Assembly: GCA_036230545.1 (NCBI GenBank)
Contig: JAZAIZ010000350.1
Coordinates: forward strand, 653-64,652
Source of the DNA: Myxococcota bacterium
Lineage (GTDB): Bacteria > Myxococcota > XYA12-FULL-58-9 > JABJBS01
Reading direction: 5' to 3'
DNA length: 64,000 nt
Shown: positions 20,377 through 29,455 of the stretch, one piece after another
Layout: the number at the start of each line of letters is the position of its first letter
Position numbering within the stretch: position 1 is the stretch's first letter
Program-made: the position numbers and the translations under genes
Notes under the pieces: model-generated
The model's input: only the letters and a program-made list of their open reading frames with translations
The model's database searches: none
What the model was told of the DNA's origin: nothing

Positions 20377-21723
20377 GCACAAACTCTTCGGCGGCGGTGG
20401 GGTGAATGGCGGTGGTGCTGTCGAGCTGCGTCTTGGTGACGCCGGCTTTCAGGGCCGCGGCGAAGCCTTGAATGATTTCGGGGGCGTCATCGCCCACCAT
20501 ATGAAATCCCAGCACCCGGTCGGTGGAGCGTTGCACCAGCAGCTTCATGAAGGTGGGCACTTTGTCCTCCGGGGCACAGGGGGAGTAGAGCATGGGGTTA
20601 AAGGTGGCCTGAAAAATATCCAGGTCGTCGCCGTGGCGTTCCCGGGCTTGCGCCTCGCTCAGGCCCACGGTGCCCACCGGCGGGCACGAGAAGATGGCGG
20701 TGGGGATGTCGTCGTAGGACATGGGAGTGGAGGAGGGCCCAAACTCCCGATCAGCGACGCTGCGACCGGCGCGGATGGCCACGGGGGTGAGCTGGGCCTG
20801 GCCGATGACGTCGCCCACGGCGAAGATGTGGGGGGCGGACGTGCGGTGCTCGGCGTCCACTTCGATGGCGCCCCCTTGGTTGAGGACGACCCCGGCGTTT
20901 TCAAGCCCAAGCCCTTCGGTGTTGGGGGCGCGCCCCGCGGCGAAGAGGACGCAGGCGTCGGAGGTGACCTCCTGGGGCTGCCCCTCGGCGTCGTGGAAGG
21001 CCACGGTGCCGCCTTCGATGTGTTGAATCGCCGCGCCCTGGTGAACCCTCACTCCCTGGCGTTGGAGCGCCGTGCTGAGGTGCTCTCCCAGGGAGGCGTC
21101 AAACTCCCTGAGGATCCGCGAGCGCACCAGCAGGGTGGTGGAGCATCCGAGCCCCTGTAAAATGGAGGCAAACTCCACGGCGATGTAGCCCCCGCCGATG
21201 ATGGTTGCCGAGCTCGGGCGCTCAGGGAGGTCCCAAAACCCGTCGCTGTTGATGGCCGCGCTTGCCCCCGGGAGCGGAGGATGGATCGGGCGGGCGCCGG
21301 TGGCGATGAGGATGTTGTTGGCTCGCAGCGTGTCCTCGCCCACGGCCACCTGGTGCGCGTCGAGGAGTCGAGCGTGTCCCTTAAGCAGGGTGACGCCGGC
21401 TTTGGCAAGGTTGCGCTCGTGCATCTCCTCCAGACGAAGCACCGCGGCGTTTCGAAAAGTCACCAAATCGGGCCAGCTGAGCTCGCCAAGGGAGTCGCGC
21501 CATCCGTAGGCCTGGGCCAGGCGACGCGAGGCCCCAAGCTGCGCGGCGTAGACCATGAGCTTTTTGGGGATGCAGCCGCGAATCACGCAGGTGCCCCCCA
21601 CCCGGGAGCTCTCCACGATGGCTACGCGGGCGCCATAGGAGGCCGCGCGCTTGGCCGCTGCGAGGCCGCCGCTGCCTGCGCCGATTACCAGGAGGTCAAA
21701 GTCAGGGGTGTTGTTGGGCATGG
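20366..21723 (-). CDS. gor: Glutathione-disulfide reductase-like FAD-dependent pyridine nucleotide-disulfide oxidoreductase
   Basis: True start is MPNNTPDFDLLVIGAGSGGLAAA (ATG at 21723). Redox-active CVIRGCIPKK, a second Rossmann (ATIIGGGYIAVE) and a C-terminal dimerisation domain with the HPT motif. The 698-aa track ORF is a spurious 5' extension. Confidence 0.85.
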
Positions 21724-21844
21724 AGTGTCCTTGGAGGGAGTGTGGCGCGCTCTTAACAGGTTTCGTTGGGGATTGCATCCCCTCGGCTGGGTGGGGGAGG
21801 CCTTGTGGTTGAAACCGTCGGGGGAAAGCCATACAAGAGAGGGC

Positions 21845-22348
21845 ATGGCAGCAAAATCGCGAAAAGCATTCACCCAGCGGGAACGCTACGGGATGATCCT
21901 GGGGTTGGGGGTGGCTGGCAGCCTCGCCTGGGCGGCGCACCTCTCGGGGGCGATTGATTTTCGTGAGGACTTCGACGCCGAGCCGCCCCCCGCGTCGGTC
22001 CCTGCTCTGAGCGCGGAGGCGCCCTCGGAGGAGAAGGGGGTGACGCTTAGCGCGTCCGGGGTGGTGCAGGCGGTTAACGCCGCGCGGCCCGGGGTGAAAG
22101 AATGCTATCTGGCTGAGTTCAGCGGAGCCCGGGACCGGGAGCAGGTGGTGATTGTCACCTTTCAGGCGGAGGTTCGTGGCGAGGAGGGCCTGGTGTTTCA
22201 GGGCGAGGTGCCGGTGGCCGACTCCGTCTCGGCGGAGTTTGACCAGTGTGTTAAAGAGAAGCTCTTTGTGGTTCATTTTGACGCCAACGCCCCCTCGGGC
22301 AGGCAACGGGTGGTGTTTCCCTTCGCCTTCGAGCTGCCCCATGGGTAG
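21845..22348 (+). CDS. Hypothetical exported protein (about 167 aa), first gene of ECF sigma operon
   Basis: N-terminus MAAKSRKAFTQRERYGMILGLGVAGSLAWAAHL looks like a signal anchor. Two conserved-looking Cys (KECYLAE, DQCVKEKL). It is co-directional with and 54 bp upstream of the ECF sigma gene. Confidence 0.5.
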   Translation: MAAKSRKAFTQRERYGMILGLGVAGSLAWAAHLSGAIDFREDFDAEPPPASVPALSAEAPSEEKGVTLSASGVVQAVNAARPGVKECYLAEFSGARDREQVVIVTFQAEVRGEEGLVFQGEVPVADSVSAEFDQCVKEKLFVVHFDANAPSGRQRVVFPFAFELPHG

Positions 22349-22402
22349 ACGCCTCGTCCATTCCCCAAATTCGGCGCAGGCTACCTGCGGAAGAGGGTCT
22401 CT

Positions 22403-22936
22403 GTGATACAGCAATCCGATGTTGCCCGGCTTTATGAGCGCTATGGGCACGCCCTTTATCACCGCTGTCTGCGGCTTGTGGGCAATGAAGATGAGGCTCG
22501 GGAGCTCCTGCAGGAGGCCTTTTGCCAGCTCTGGCGCGATCGCGCCCGCTTTGAGGGGCGCAGTTCTTTGTTCACATATTTATACCGTATCGCGACTAAC
22601 CTTTCGATCGACCGGCTGCGCCGAAGAACCACCGCCGGTACCCATTATCCCTTTGATGAGACCCGGGATCGGGGCGCCCCCTCGGCCGGGCCAGAGGACA
22701 CCGCGATGGTGCTTGGCGAGCTCGCGGCTCTCACCGAGGGGATGGACTCGGAGACCCTCACCATTGGGGTGCTCTCCCACGTGGATGGGTTTAGTCAGGA
22801 GGAGATCGGCGAGGCCCTGGACCTCTCGCGACGGACCATCGGCAAACGCTTGAAGAAGTTTGCGACGTTTACGGAGAAGCGCCGGACTATTTTGAAAAGA
22901 GAGGTGAAACTCCACCGTGCAAGGGAGGGAGCGTGA
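22403..22936 (+). CDS. ECF (sigma-70 family group IV) RNA polymerase sigma factor
   Basis: Region 2 LYERYGHALYHRCLRLVGNEDEARELLQEAFCQLW and region 4 HTH (FSQEEIGEALDLSRRTIGKRLKK). 177 aa. Its stop overlaps the start of the next gene. Confidence 0.9.
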   Translation: MIQQSDVARLYERYGHALYHRCLRLVGNEDEARELLQEAFCQLWRDRARFEGRSSLFTYLYRIATNLSIDRLRRRTTAGTHYPFDETRDRGAPSAGPEDTAMVLGELAALTEGMDSETLTIGVLSHVDGFSQEEIGEALDLSRRTIGKRLKKFATFTEKRRTILKREVKLHRAREGA

Positions 22937-23937
22937 TGAGAGAGGCGGAAAAAAACCAGGCGGTCCCAGACCTGCTTTTGGAGCGCTACCTCGCTGGGGA
23001 TTTGCCCGAGGAGGTGCAGACCCGGGTGAGGACCACCCTTGAGGAGGACGCGGCGCTGCGGGAGCGGTTGGAGGTGCTGCGGGCTACGCGGACCGAGTTT
23101 ATTATCGCAGATCCTCCGGAGCAGTTTGCCCACCGGGTGGTGGCGCGGGCGGAGCTGGACAAGCGCATGAACGCGCCACAGGGCTCTGGCTGGGGGCGCT
23201 TTTTGCGTTGGGGGGTGGGGCCCTCGCTGGCGGCGGCGTGCTCGCTTGTGCTGGCGTTGACGGCGTCGGATTACCTGAAGAGTCAGAATTATTTTGCGGA
23301 GGGGGCCGAGGCTCCGGCGCCTCGCTTGAGGGCGAGACAGGCGGCGCCGTCGGTGAAGCCTGAGGTGGCGCCCCCCACGCCCAAGCCGATGCTGGCCCGG
23401 CGAGAGGCTCCGGCCGCCACGCCTGACGCCATTCGCGCCAAGCGCGTCCCCCTGGTTGAGAAGCCCGCGCCCGTAGAGCGGGAGCTGGCCCGGGTGGCGC
23501 CCGCGGAGGACGTGTCCATGGTGGCGAGGCCTCTCGCGCAGGTGCTCAGTGCGCCGCCGGTGTTGACCCTGAAGGCCAAGAGCGGGGCGCTTACCCAAGG
23601 GAGAGGCGCCATGGCAAAGCAGGACGCGACTCTTTTGCGCAAAGCTGCGGGCGGTGGTTGGCAGGTGGTTTTTTTGCCTCGGGGTGCGGGGTATTTTCTC
23701 TTGGTGGTGTGGCGCGGGGCCGGGGCCATGGAGCTGGCGGGAGGCTCTATGGCGAGCTTGCCGGTTGAAGGTGAGCGACGCGTGGTTGGGGTGGAGCGCC
23801 GGGAGAGTGATGTGCTTTATCTCATCAGGAGCGCGGCGCCCTTTTCGTTGGGGGATCTGGTGTGGGGCGAAGGGCGTCCCGAATTGCGACAATCCTCTCA
23901 CCCAACCGAAAGGATAGAGGCGTCGTTGGGGAACTAA
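22933..23937 (+). CDS. Putative membrane-spanning anti-sigma factor (non-ZAS)
   Basis: ATGA overlap with the sigma gene. N-terminal cytoplasmic helix region (LLERYLAGDLPEEVQTRVRTTLEED), a single TM (WGVGPSLAAACSLVLALTA) and an Ala/Pro-rich extracytoplasmic domain. No HxxxCxxC zinc motif. Confidence 0.6.
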   Translation: MMREAEKNQAVPDLLLERYLAGDLPEEVQTRVRTTLEEDAALRERLEVLRATRTEFIIADPPEQFAHRVVARAELDKRMNAPQGSGWGRFLRWGVGPSLAAACSLVLALTASDYLKSQNYFAEGAEAPAPRLRARQAAPSVKPEVAPPTPKPMLARREAPAATPDAIRAKRVPLVEKPAPVERELARVAPAEDVSMVARPLAQVLSAPPVLTLKAKSGALTQGRGAMAKQDATLLRKAAGGGWQVVFLPRGAGYFLLVVWRGAGAMELAGGSMASLPVEGERRVVGVERRESDVLYLIRSAAPFSLGDLVWGEGRPELRQSSHPTERIEASLGN

Positions 23938-24474
23938 ATGCAAAAATAATCGACGCCACGTTCGTTGTGTTTTTGTGTGCAAAACCCGTCTTAAATAAGC
24001 GTTTAAATATTTTCATATCCCCATGGGATGGGCCTCTCCCGAGGAGGCGGGTCCAGGGCTGTTGAGTGAGGTGCGGCCCATGCCCAGGCGGCGCGAATCC
24101 TGCTCTCGCGCCACTCTGAATGTTCTTGACCGTGGATCCAAAAGCCTATAGCGAAAGAATATGCTCCTTTCTAACGACACAAGAGCTTCGACCCTGTGCC
24201 CGGCGATTCCGTGGGGGGATCTGCCTGGCGAGTGTGGTTGATAGGTGATGGAAAGGTGCCTGGCGTTTTGGGGAGGCGACGCTTTGAATATCTATTCAGG
24301 CAGGATTGTCAGCTAAGCCGAAGCCAAGGGCCGGAGGCGTTTCAGGGAGGTCAGCGGCTCTGAAGACAGTGAGGTTGCTCAGGTGGGAGCAGTGGTTGGT
24401 GCGGGGAGTTCTTGGAGGAGAGCGACCCGCGTTTCCCCAAGGGTTGGAGGGCCCTGGGGTAATGAGGAGAAAAC

Positions 24475-24969
24475 ATGGTGATTAAAGCTTCGAGGGATGC
24501 GCGTTCCGAGATGCCATTGGATGAGATGCCGACGGAACGTGGGCGACCGAAAACGATGTCACGCCGGGAGATCCAGCGGGAAGAGCGGCGACGGCAGCGG
24601 GCCGGGGACGTCCTTGAGATTATTCCCTATGACCGACCGATGAATCGAAGCGAGTGCCGCTCGGCCTCGCGACCCTGTCTCTTTGTGGCGTGCAAATACC
24701 ACCTTTATCTGGATGTGAACCCCGAGACGGGCTCCATCAAGATGAACTTCCCCGAGCTGGACGTGTGGCAGATGGAGGAGACCTGCTCCCTCGATGTCGC
24801 CGAGCGCGGGGGTGTCACCCTCGAAGAGGTGGGGGACATCCTCAACCTCACTCGTGAGCGGGTGCGTCAGGTGGAGGTGACGGGGTTGTCCAAAATTCGG
24901 ACCCCCTCGGACGAGTATGAGATCGACACCTTTCTGGGCTGGGAGCCCGGGAGCGATTTTACCAATTAA
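24475..24969 (+). CDS. Small DNA-binding protein: AT-hook-like basic N-terminus, Cys cluster, and sigma-70 region-4-like HTH
   Basis: [28 protein letters not shown] matches the sigma-70 region-4 HTH pattern (LxEIGxxLgvTRERVRQIExxALxKLR). ERGRPKT resembles the AT-hook core GRP. Cys pattern C-x7-C-x4-C-x2-H plus ETC. Good RBS (GAGGAG) 7 nt upstream of ATG. No sigma region 2. Confidence 0.6.
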   Translation: MVIKASRDARSEMPLDEMPTERGRPKTMSRREIQREERRRQRAGDVLEIIPYDRPMNRSECRSASRPCLFVACKYHLYLDVNPETGSIKMNFPELDVWQMEETCSLDVAERGGVTLEEVGDILNLTRERVRQVEVTGLSKIRTPSDEYEIDTFLGWEPGSDFTN

Positions 24970-25061
24970 GGTTCCGGTTGACGCCGGCCTTCGATTCTGA
25001 AAGATGCGCTCATCCCCAGGGCGGCGGATGAACCGCTGCTTGCGGGGTTGGTGACCCCCAA

Positions 25062-25907
25062 ATGAAACTTTCCCTTCTCATTGTCAGTTATAACGCCGGG
25101 CAGCTGCTGCGCGAGTGCGTGGAGAGCCTTGAGCCCGCAGTGCAGGGCCCCGGGCAGTCGGTGGAGGGAGAGCCCCTGGAGGTGGAGGTCATTGTTGTTG
25201 ACAACGCCTCGGTGGATCCTGCCGTGGGGACGGTGCGCCGGGACTTTCCCTGGGTTCGCTGGGTGCAGAGTCCGGAGAATCGCGGGTTTTCAGCCGCGGT
25301 TAATGAAGGGGCGGCGTGCTCCGAAGGGGAGATCCTGCTCCTGCTTAATCCGGACACCCGGGTGGGACCAGAGGGGTTGGCTGAGATGACTCGGGCATTT
25401 CTGGGGCGCCCCGGCGCCGCGGGGATGGGTTTTCGTCAGGTGGATGGTGAGGGGGAGCTTCAGCTCAGCGTTGGTTTGAGGCCCGGTTTTGGCACTGAGC
25501 TTGTGCGGCGTGTGGTGCAGCGGGGCTTTGACCGGGGCGGAAGCCTGGCGCGCGCAATGGTGGACCGGTGGCTCGGTGAGGCCCGGGAGGTGTCCTGGGT
25601 GGCGGGTTCGGTGCTGATGGTGCGCCGGCGCGATTTTGACGCGGTGGCTGGGTTTGACGAAGGGTTTTTTCTCTATTTTGAAGACATCGATTTTTGCCTG
25701 CGTCTTGGTGAGGCGGTGGGGCCGGTTTGGTTTGAGCCCTCGGTGACCCTGGTGCATCATCGCGGGCAGAGCGCCCGCACTGCGTCGGCGGCGTCCGAGC
25801 GGGCCTATCGGGAGAGTCAGCTCTATTTTTGGGGCAAGCACCGGGGACGCCTGCACCGCGGAGTGATGGCTGCCTGGCTGCGTTTGCGGGGAAAGCTCCC
25901 TGAATAA
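25062..25907 (+). CDS. Family 2 glycosyltransferase
   Basis: LSLLIVSYNAGQLLRECVESL...VIVVDNASVD is a GT-A fold signature (DxD region). 281 aa. Confidence 0.85.
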   Translation: MKLSLLIVSYNAGQLLRECVESLEPAVQGPGQSVEGEPLEVEVIVVDNASVDPAVGTVRRDFPWVRWVQSPENRGFSAAVNEGAACSEGEILLLLNPDTRVGPEGLAEMTRAFLGRPGAAGMGFRQVDGEGELQLSVGLRPGFGTELVRRVVQRGFDRGGSLARAMVDRWLGEAREVSWVAGSVLMVRRRDFDAVAGFDEGFFLYFEDIDFCLRLGEAVGPVWFEPSVTLVHHRGQSARTASAASERAYRESQLYFWGKHRGRLHRGVMAAWLRLRGKLPE

Positions 25908-25944
25908 ACTTGCGAGGTCTTCGGACCCGTGCCATAGCCGGGGC

Positions 25945-27045
25945 ATGCACGTAGTTCAGATTATGGCCTCCGCGGCCCGTGGGGGCGGCGCGGATCATCT
26001 TAAAGGTATTTTGCCCGTGCTGCGGGAGCGCGAGATTCGCTGCTCGTTGGTCACCGGGTTGGATGGCTCGCTCGGGGAGTGGGCGCAGGACGAAGGCTTT
26101 GAGTCGGTTCCGCTGGATCTCATGAAGGCCCGATGGAGCCCCCTGATGGCCTGGCGGCTGCGGCGGGTGCTGCATCGTCTGAAGCCCGATGTGGTGCATT
26201 ATCACGGTACTCGGGCGGCCTTTTTTGGGAGCCTCGGCAACCTGGTGGGGCGGCCCTTGCCAAGCATCTATTCGGCGCATGGTTTGGCGTATCGCAAAGA
26301 GACGACCCCCCTGCGGCGCTGGATCTATTCCACCGCTGAGGGCGTCGCCTGCCGGGGGGTGCAGCATGTGGTCAGTGTCTCCAACATGGACTTGAAAGAC
26401 CTCCGGCGGCGGGGGCTGCTGAGCGGGCCGGGGACCTACGTGCCCAACGCCGTCGACACCGAGCGCTTCAAGCCCGGCGACAAAAACGCTGCTCGACAAA
26501 CCCTGGGGCTCTCCCCGGACGCGTTTATTGTGGGCACGGTGGGGCGCATGGTCCCCCAGAAGGCGTTGCATCATCTGATTGACGCCATGGCCTTTTGCCC
26601 CGACATGGAGCTGGTGCTCATTGGGGATGGTGAGCTGCGGGGGGCACTTGAGCACCAGGCCCGGGGCATTGCCGAGCGTGTTCATTTTGTGGGCTCCCGC
26701 CGGGACGTGCACGCGCTGCTGCCGGCGCTGGATATCTTTGCGCTCTCCTCCCTCTGGGAGGGGCAACCCATCGCGCTGCTGGAGGCCATGGCCTGTGGGA
26801 TCCCCTGCGTAGCCACCGCCACGGAAGGCTCAAGGGAGTTGATGGAGGAGATCCCGGGGGGCTTTGTGGTGCCCATGGGAGATCCGGAGAGCTTCGCGGG
26901 GTGCTTTAACCGCCTGCGGGCCAACCCCGAGGTGGGGGTGCTTTTGGGGGAGCGGGGTCGGGCCGGGACGCTGCTGCGCAGTCATGAGCAGATCGCCCGG
27001 TCTTTGGAGATTTTGTATCGGGACGTGGGGCACGGAGCGTTGTGA
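25945..27045 (+). CDS. Family 4 (GT-B, group 1) glycosyltransferase
   Basis: N-terminal MHVVQIMASAARGGGADHL. C-terminal EGQPIALLEAMACGIPCVATA matches the E-x7-E group-1 GT motif. Confidence 0.8.
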   Translation: MHVVQIMASAARGGGADHLKGILPVLREREIRCSLVTGLDGSLGEWAQDEGFESVPLDLMKARWSPLMAWRLRRVLHRLKPDVVHYHGTRAAFFGSLGNLVGRPLPSIYSAHGLAYRKETTPLRRWIYSTAEGVACRGVQHVVSVSNMDLKDLRRRGLLSGPGTYVPNAVDTERFKPGDKNAARQTLGLSPDAFIVGTVGRMVPQKALHHLIDAMAFCPDMELVLIGDGELRGALEHQARGIAERVHFVGSRRDVHALLPALDIFALSSLWEGQPIALLEAMACGIPCVATATEGSRELMEEIPGGFVVPMGDPESFAGCFNRLRANPEVGVLLGERGRAGTLLRSHEQIARSLEILYRDVGHGAL

Positions 27046-27211
27046 GAGGTGCTGGTGGGGGATGAATTTTTGGGGTGAGGCTGGCGTCCATGGGAGAGGC
27101 GTTTTTTTATCTTTTATTCACGATGAACACAGCGTAATGACGCCATGAGGTGGTGTTGGGAGCGGGGTCTCGTTTAAGCGGACGCTTCGAGGCGGAGAGG
27201 ATGGTTGGAGG

Positions 27212-29383
27212 ATGGTAGCAGGGCTTTTACTCGTGTTGCAGTTGAGCGTGGCGGTCGCAGAACCCGCGGAGCGGTGTCGGGCTTTGGAGCCCACCATCGA
27301 GCAGCTCGACCTCTCGGGGGTTCCCGCGCCGAGGCTTGAGGTGAACACCTCCCCCTGGCTGGCGTGGCGCTCGGACATGTTGAAGGTGGTGCCCCGCAAG
27401 GAGGCCCCAAGCGGCGTTGAAGTGATCAAGACCGCCCGCGACTTTTTGGGCACGCCCTATGTCTGGGGGGGCATCGGAAAAGGGGGCTATGATTGCAGCG
27501 GCTTTGTGAACAAGGTCTTCGCCGAAAACGGTTACGACATTCCCCGGGTCTCCCGTGACCAATTTAAGGTGGGGGTCAAGACCCGGGGGTATGACCTCGA
27601 CACCGGTGACCTGGTGTTTTTTGTGTCCAAGCCCGGCGAGACTCGCATCTCTCATGTGGGGATCTATGTGGGGGACGATGAGTTTATCCACGCCGCGGCG
27701 GGGAAGGGCCGCGTCACCTTTGACCGCCTCTCCACTCGCTATTATTCGTCGCGCTTTGCTGGGGGGCGGCGGGTGCTCTCTTTGCCGCCGGGGCGCTATT
27801 CGTCGCGGCTTGGCACCGCTCCAAAGAATATGCTCTTTGAGGGGAGCAATTCGGTGCCGGCCAATTGGGATCCCTTCCTCTCGGAGCTGGGGCTGCATGG
27901 CTCTGGCGACTCCGGGGGCCTGGGCGGTGGGGCGATTCTTACGGAGCACGCCGGCGAGATGCGGCCCCTGCAGTTTACCAGCTCGTTCTTGAAGGGCGCG
28001 GTCACCCACCTGGGGCCGGCTTTGTTGACCCCGGAGCAGACGGCGGTGGGCTTTCGTATGGGGGGGGGCTCGATGAACCGCTCCGGCTCCATGGTGCTCT
28101 CGCCGGAGTTCTCCTATTTTGGTCACGGGAACGCCCTGCAGTTCAGTCTGGCGGCGCCCTTTCGAGTGCCCATCGGCACCGGGGAGCGGCCGGCCAGTGA
28201 GCAGTGGAAGGATGGGTGGACCACGGGCCTGCATTACACCAAGGTCTTACGGGAGCTGAAGTTTGGGCAGAAGGAGTCCTCGCTTTATGTGGACTTCAGC
28301 CGGACCCTCTCGGGGACCCTGGGGCATGGTCAGATCATGCGTTATTTCACCCCCAACGTGGTGAACGATTATTTCCCCGAATATGATGTGCGACCGGACC
28401 GACCGGACAAGCTCTCCCTCTCCTTTGACACCTACGGTGAGTGGGCGGGGACGGAGATCTTCGTGGACGACGTGATGGATCCCCATGTGTTTGGGGCGCT
28501 GGCTTTTATGCGGCCCTCAATTTTGTCCTCGGAGCAGGATGGCTTTTTAAAGCGACTCTCCCTTGGTCTGACCTACGCGGTGGACCGAGACGCTCCCTAC
28601 CAGCGAAACGCCGAGACCGGCGAGTACAGTCATCGCAGCGTGCACGCCCTGGGTCTGGACGCCGAGATGAAGCTCTTTCGCACCGACAACCTCGACATCA
28701 AGCCCTATGTGGATCTCTCGGGGCTCTTCTCGGAGGTGGGTGGGGGCCTTGGCGGGGCCATTGGAACGCTGGTGCGGGCCAACGTCACCGGTCGCACCAC
28801 CCACGTGTTTCGCTTGCGGCTTGAGGCGCGGCTCAGTCAGGCCAGCTATATTCCCTCCTATTTTGATATGACCTACTCGCTCTATCGCTGGCGATTTCCT
28901 GTGGATGGCGCCGGCGATTCGGTGACCCCAAAGTTGGCGCTCCTTGAGGAGCTGCAGAACGAGACCGTTCCGCGGTGGGGGGTCTACTCGGAGTTTATCT
29001 ACCGCCTTCACCGCAAGCTCGCCTTTTTGGTCTCCTATGAAGACACCGACACGGTGGGGGATGAGTCGGTCGAGACGCGCTTCTCGGGGCGTAACTTCAC
29101 CATGATGGGGCAGGTGCGCGACCTCTATCTGCCCGGCTCCCGGAAGGCCCTGAGTTTTTACCTGGCCTATCACCTGCGCAACATCAAAGACCCCAAGCCC
29201 ACCCTCTCGCCCGACAACCCCCACGAATATTTCTACGCGGCTCTCTCGATGCAGGTGTGGCGTTATATCTCCGTGGACGCGAGCGTGAGAAAGGCTTTGA
29301 CCCTGGCGATGTCCGACGCCCAGGCGCGCAAGGAGTCGGGATTGGACGGCGTTGTGGGGATGTCCCTGCGCTATGAGCTTTAG
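27212..29383 (+). CDS. Secreted NlpC/P60 (C40) cell-wall peptidase domain fused to a large (about 500 aa) putative outer-membrane beta-barrel domain
   Basis: Signal peptide MVAGLLLVLQLSVAVA. The NlpC/P60 catalytic-triad context is present: GTPYVWGGIGKGGYDCSGFV (Cys) and ISHVGIYVGDDEFIHA (His). The C-terminal region consists of many amphipathic strands rich in Y/F/W (LSLSFDTYGEW, RLRLEARLSQASYIPSYFDMTYSLYRW, LSFYLAYHLRN) and ends GMSLRYEL. Confidence 0.7.
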   Translation: MVAGLLLVLQLSVAVAEPAERCRALEPTIEQLDLSGVPAPRLEVNTSPWLAWRSDMLKVVPRKEAPSGVEVIKTARDFLGTPYVWGGIGKGGYDCSGFVNKVFAENGYDIPRVSRDQFKVGVKTRGYDLDTGDLVFFVSKPGETRISHVGIYVGDDEFIHAAAGKGRVTFDRLSTRYYSSRFAGGRRVLSLPPGRYSSRLGTAPKNMLFEGSNSVPANWDPFLSELGLHGSGDSGGLGGGAILTEHAGEMRPLQFTSSFLKGAVTHLGPALLTPEQTAVGFRMGGGSMNRSGSMVLSPEFSYFGHGNALQFSLAAPFRVPIGTGERPASEQWKDGWTTGLHYTKVLRELKFGQKESSLYVDFSRTLSGTLGHGQIMRYFTPNVVNDYFPEYDVRPDRPDKLSLSFDTYGEWAGTEIFVDDVMDPHVFGALAFMRPSILSSEQDGFLKRLSLGLTYAVDRDAPYQRNAETGEYSHRSVHALGLDAEMKLFRTDNLDIKPYVDLSGLFSEVGGGLGGAIGTLVRANVTGRTTHVFRLRLEARLSQASYIPSYFDMTYSLYRWRFPVDGAGDSVTPKLALLEELQNETVPRWGVYSEFIYRLHRKLAFLVSYEDTDTVGDESVETRFSGRNFTMMGQVRDLYLPGSRKALSFYLAYHLRNIKDPKPTLSPDNPHEYFYAALSMQVWRYISVDASVRKALTLAMSDAQARKESGLDGVVGMSLRYEL

Positions 29384-29455
29384 GGAGGCTTTGGGCGACG
29401 AACTCCGGCTGTGGCCTTGCGCTTGGAACTCCAGCTGTGGCATGTCGGGCCCATT

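Noticed and set aside
20366-22462. Full 698-aa extent of the minus-strand ORF
   Set aside because: Only the C-terminal 452 aa (from MPNNTPDFDLLVIGAGSGG) are glutathione-reductase-like. The upstream 240 codons overlap the exported-protein gene on the other strand and have no features. The track ORF is a spurious 5' extension.
23938-24474. Possible riboswitch in the long leader upstream of the r4-like gene
   Set aside because: I could not recognise any known riboswitch consensus (no TPP, SAM, cobalamin, glycine or c-di-GMP core motifs) by eye. It is kept only as an unclassified long leader under Findings.
27212-29383. Interpretation of the 723-aa protein as a simple soluble NlpC/P60 hydrolase with SH3 or LysM repeats
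   Set aside because: The C-terminal 500 aa show no SH3b or LysM spacing. Instead they show regular amphipathic beta-strand periodicity with aromatic girdle residues, so the barrel hypothesis is favoured. It remains unproven.
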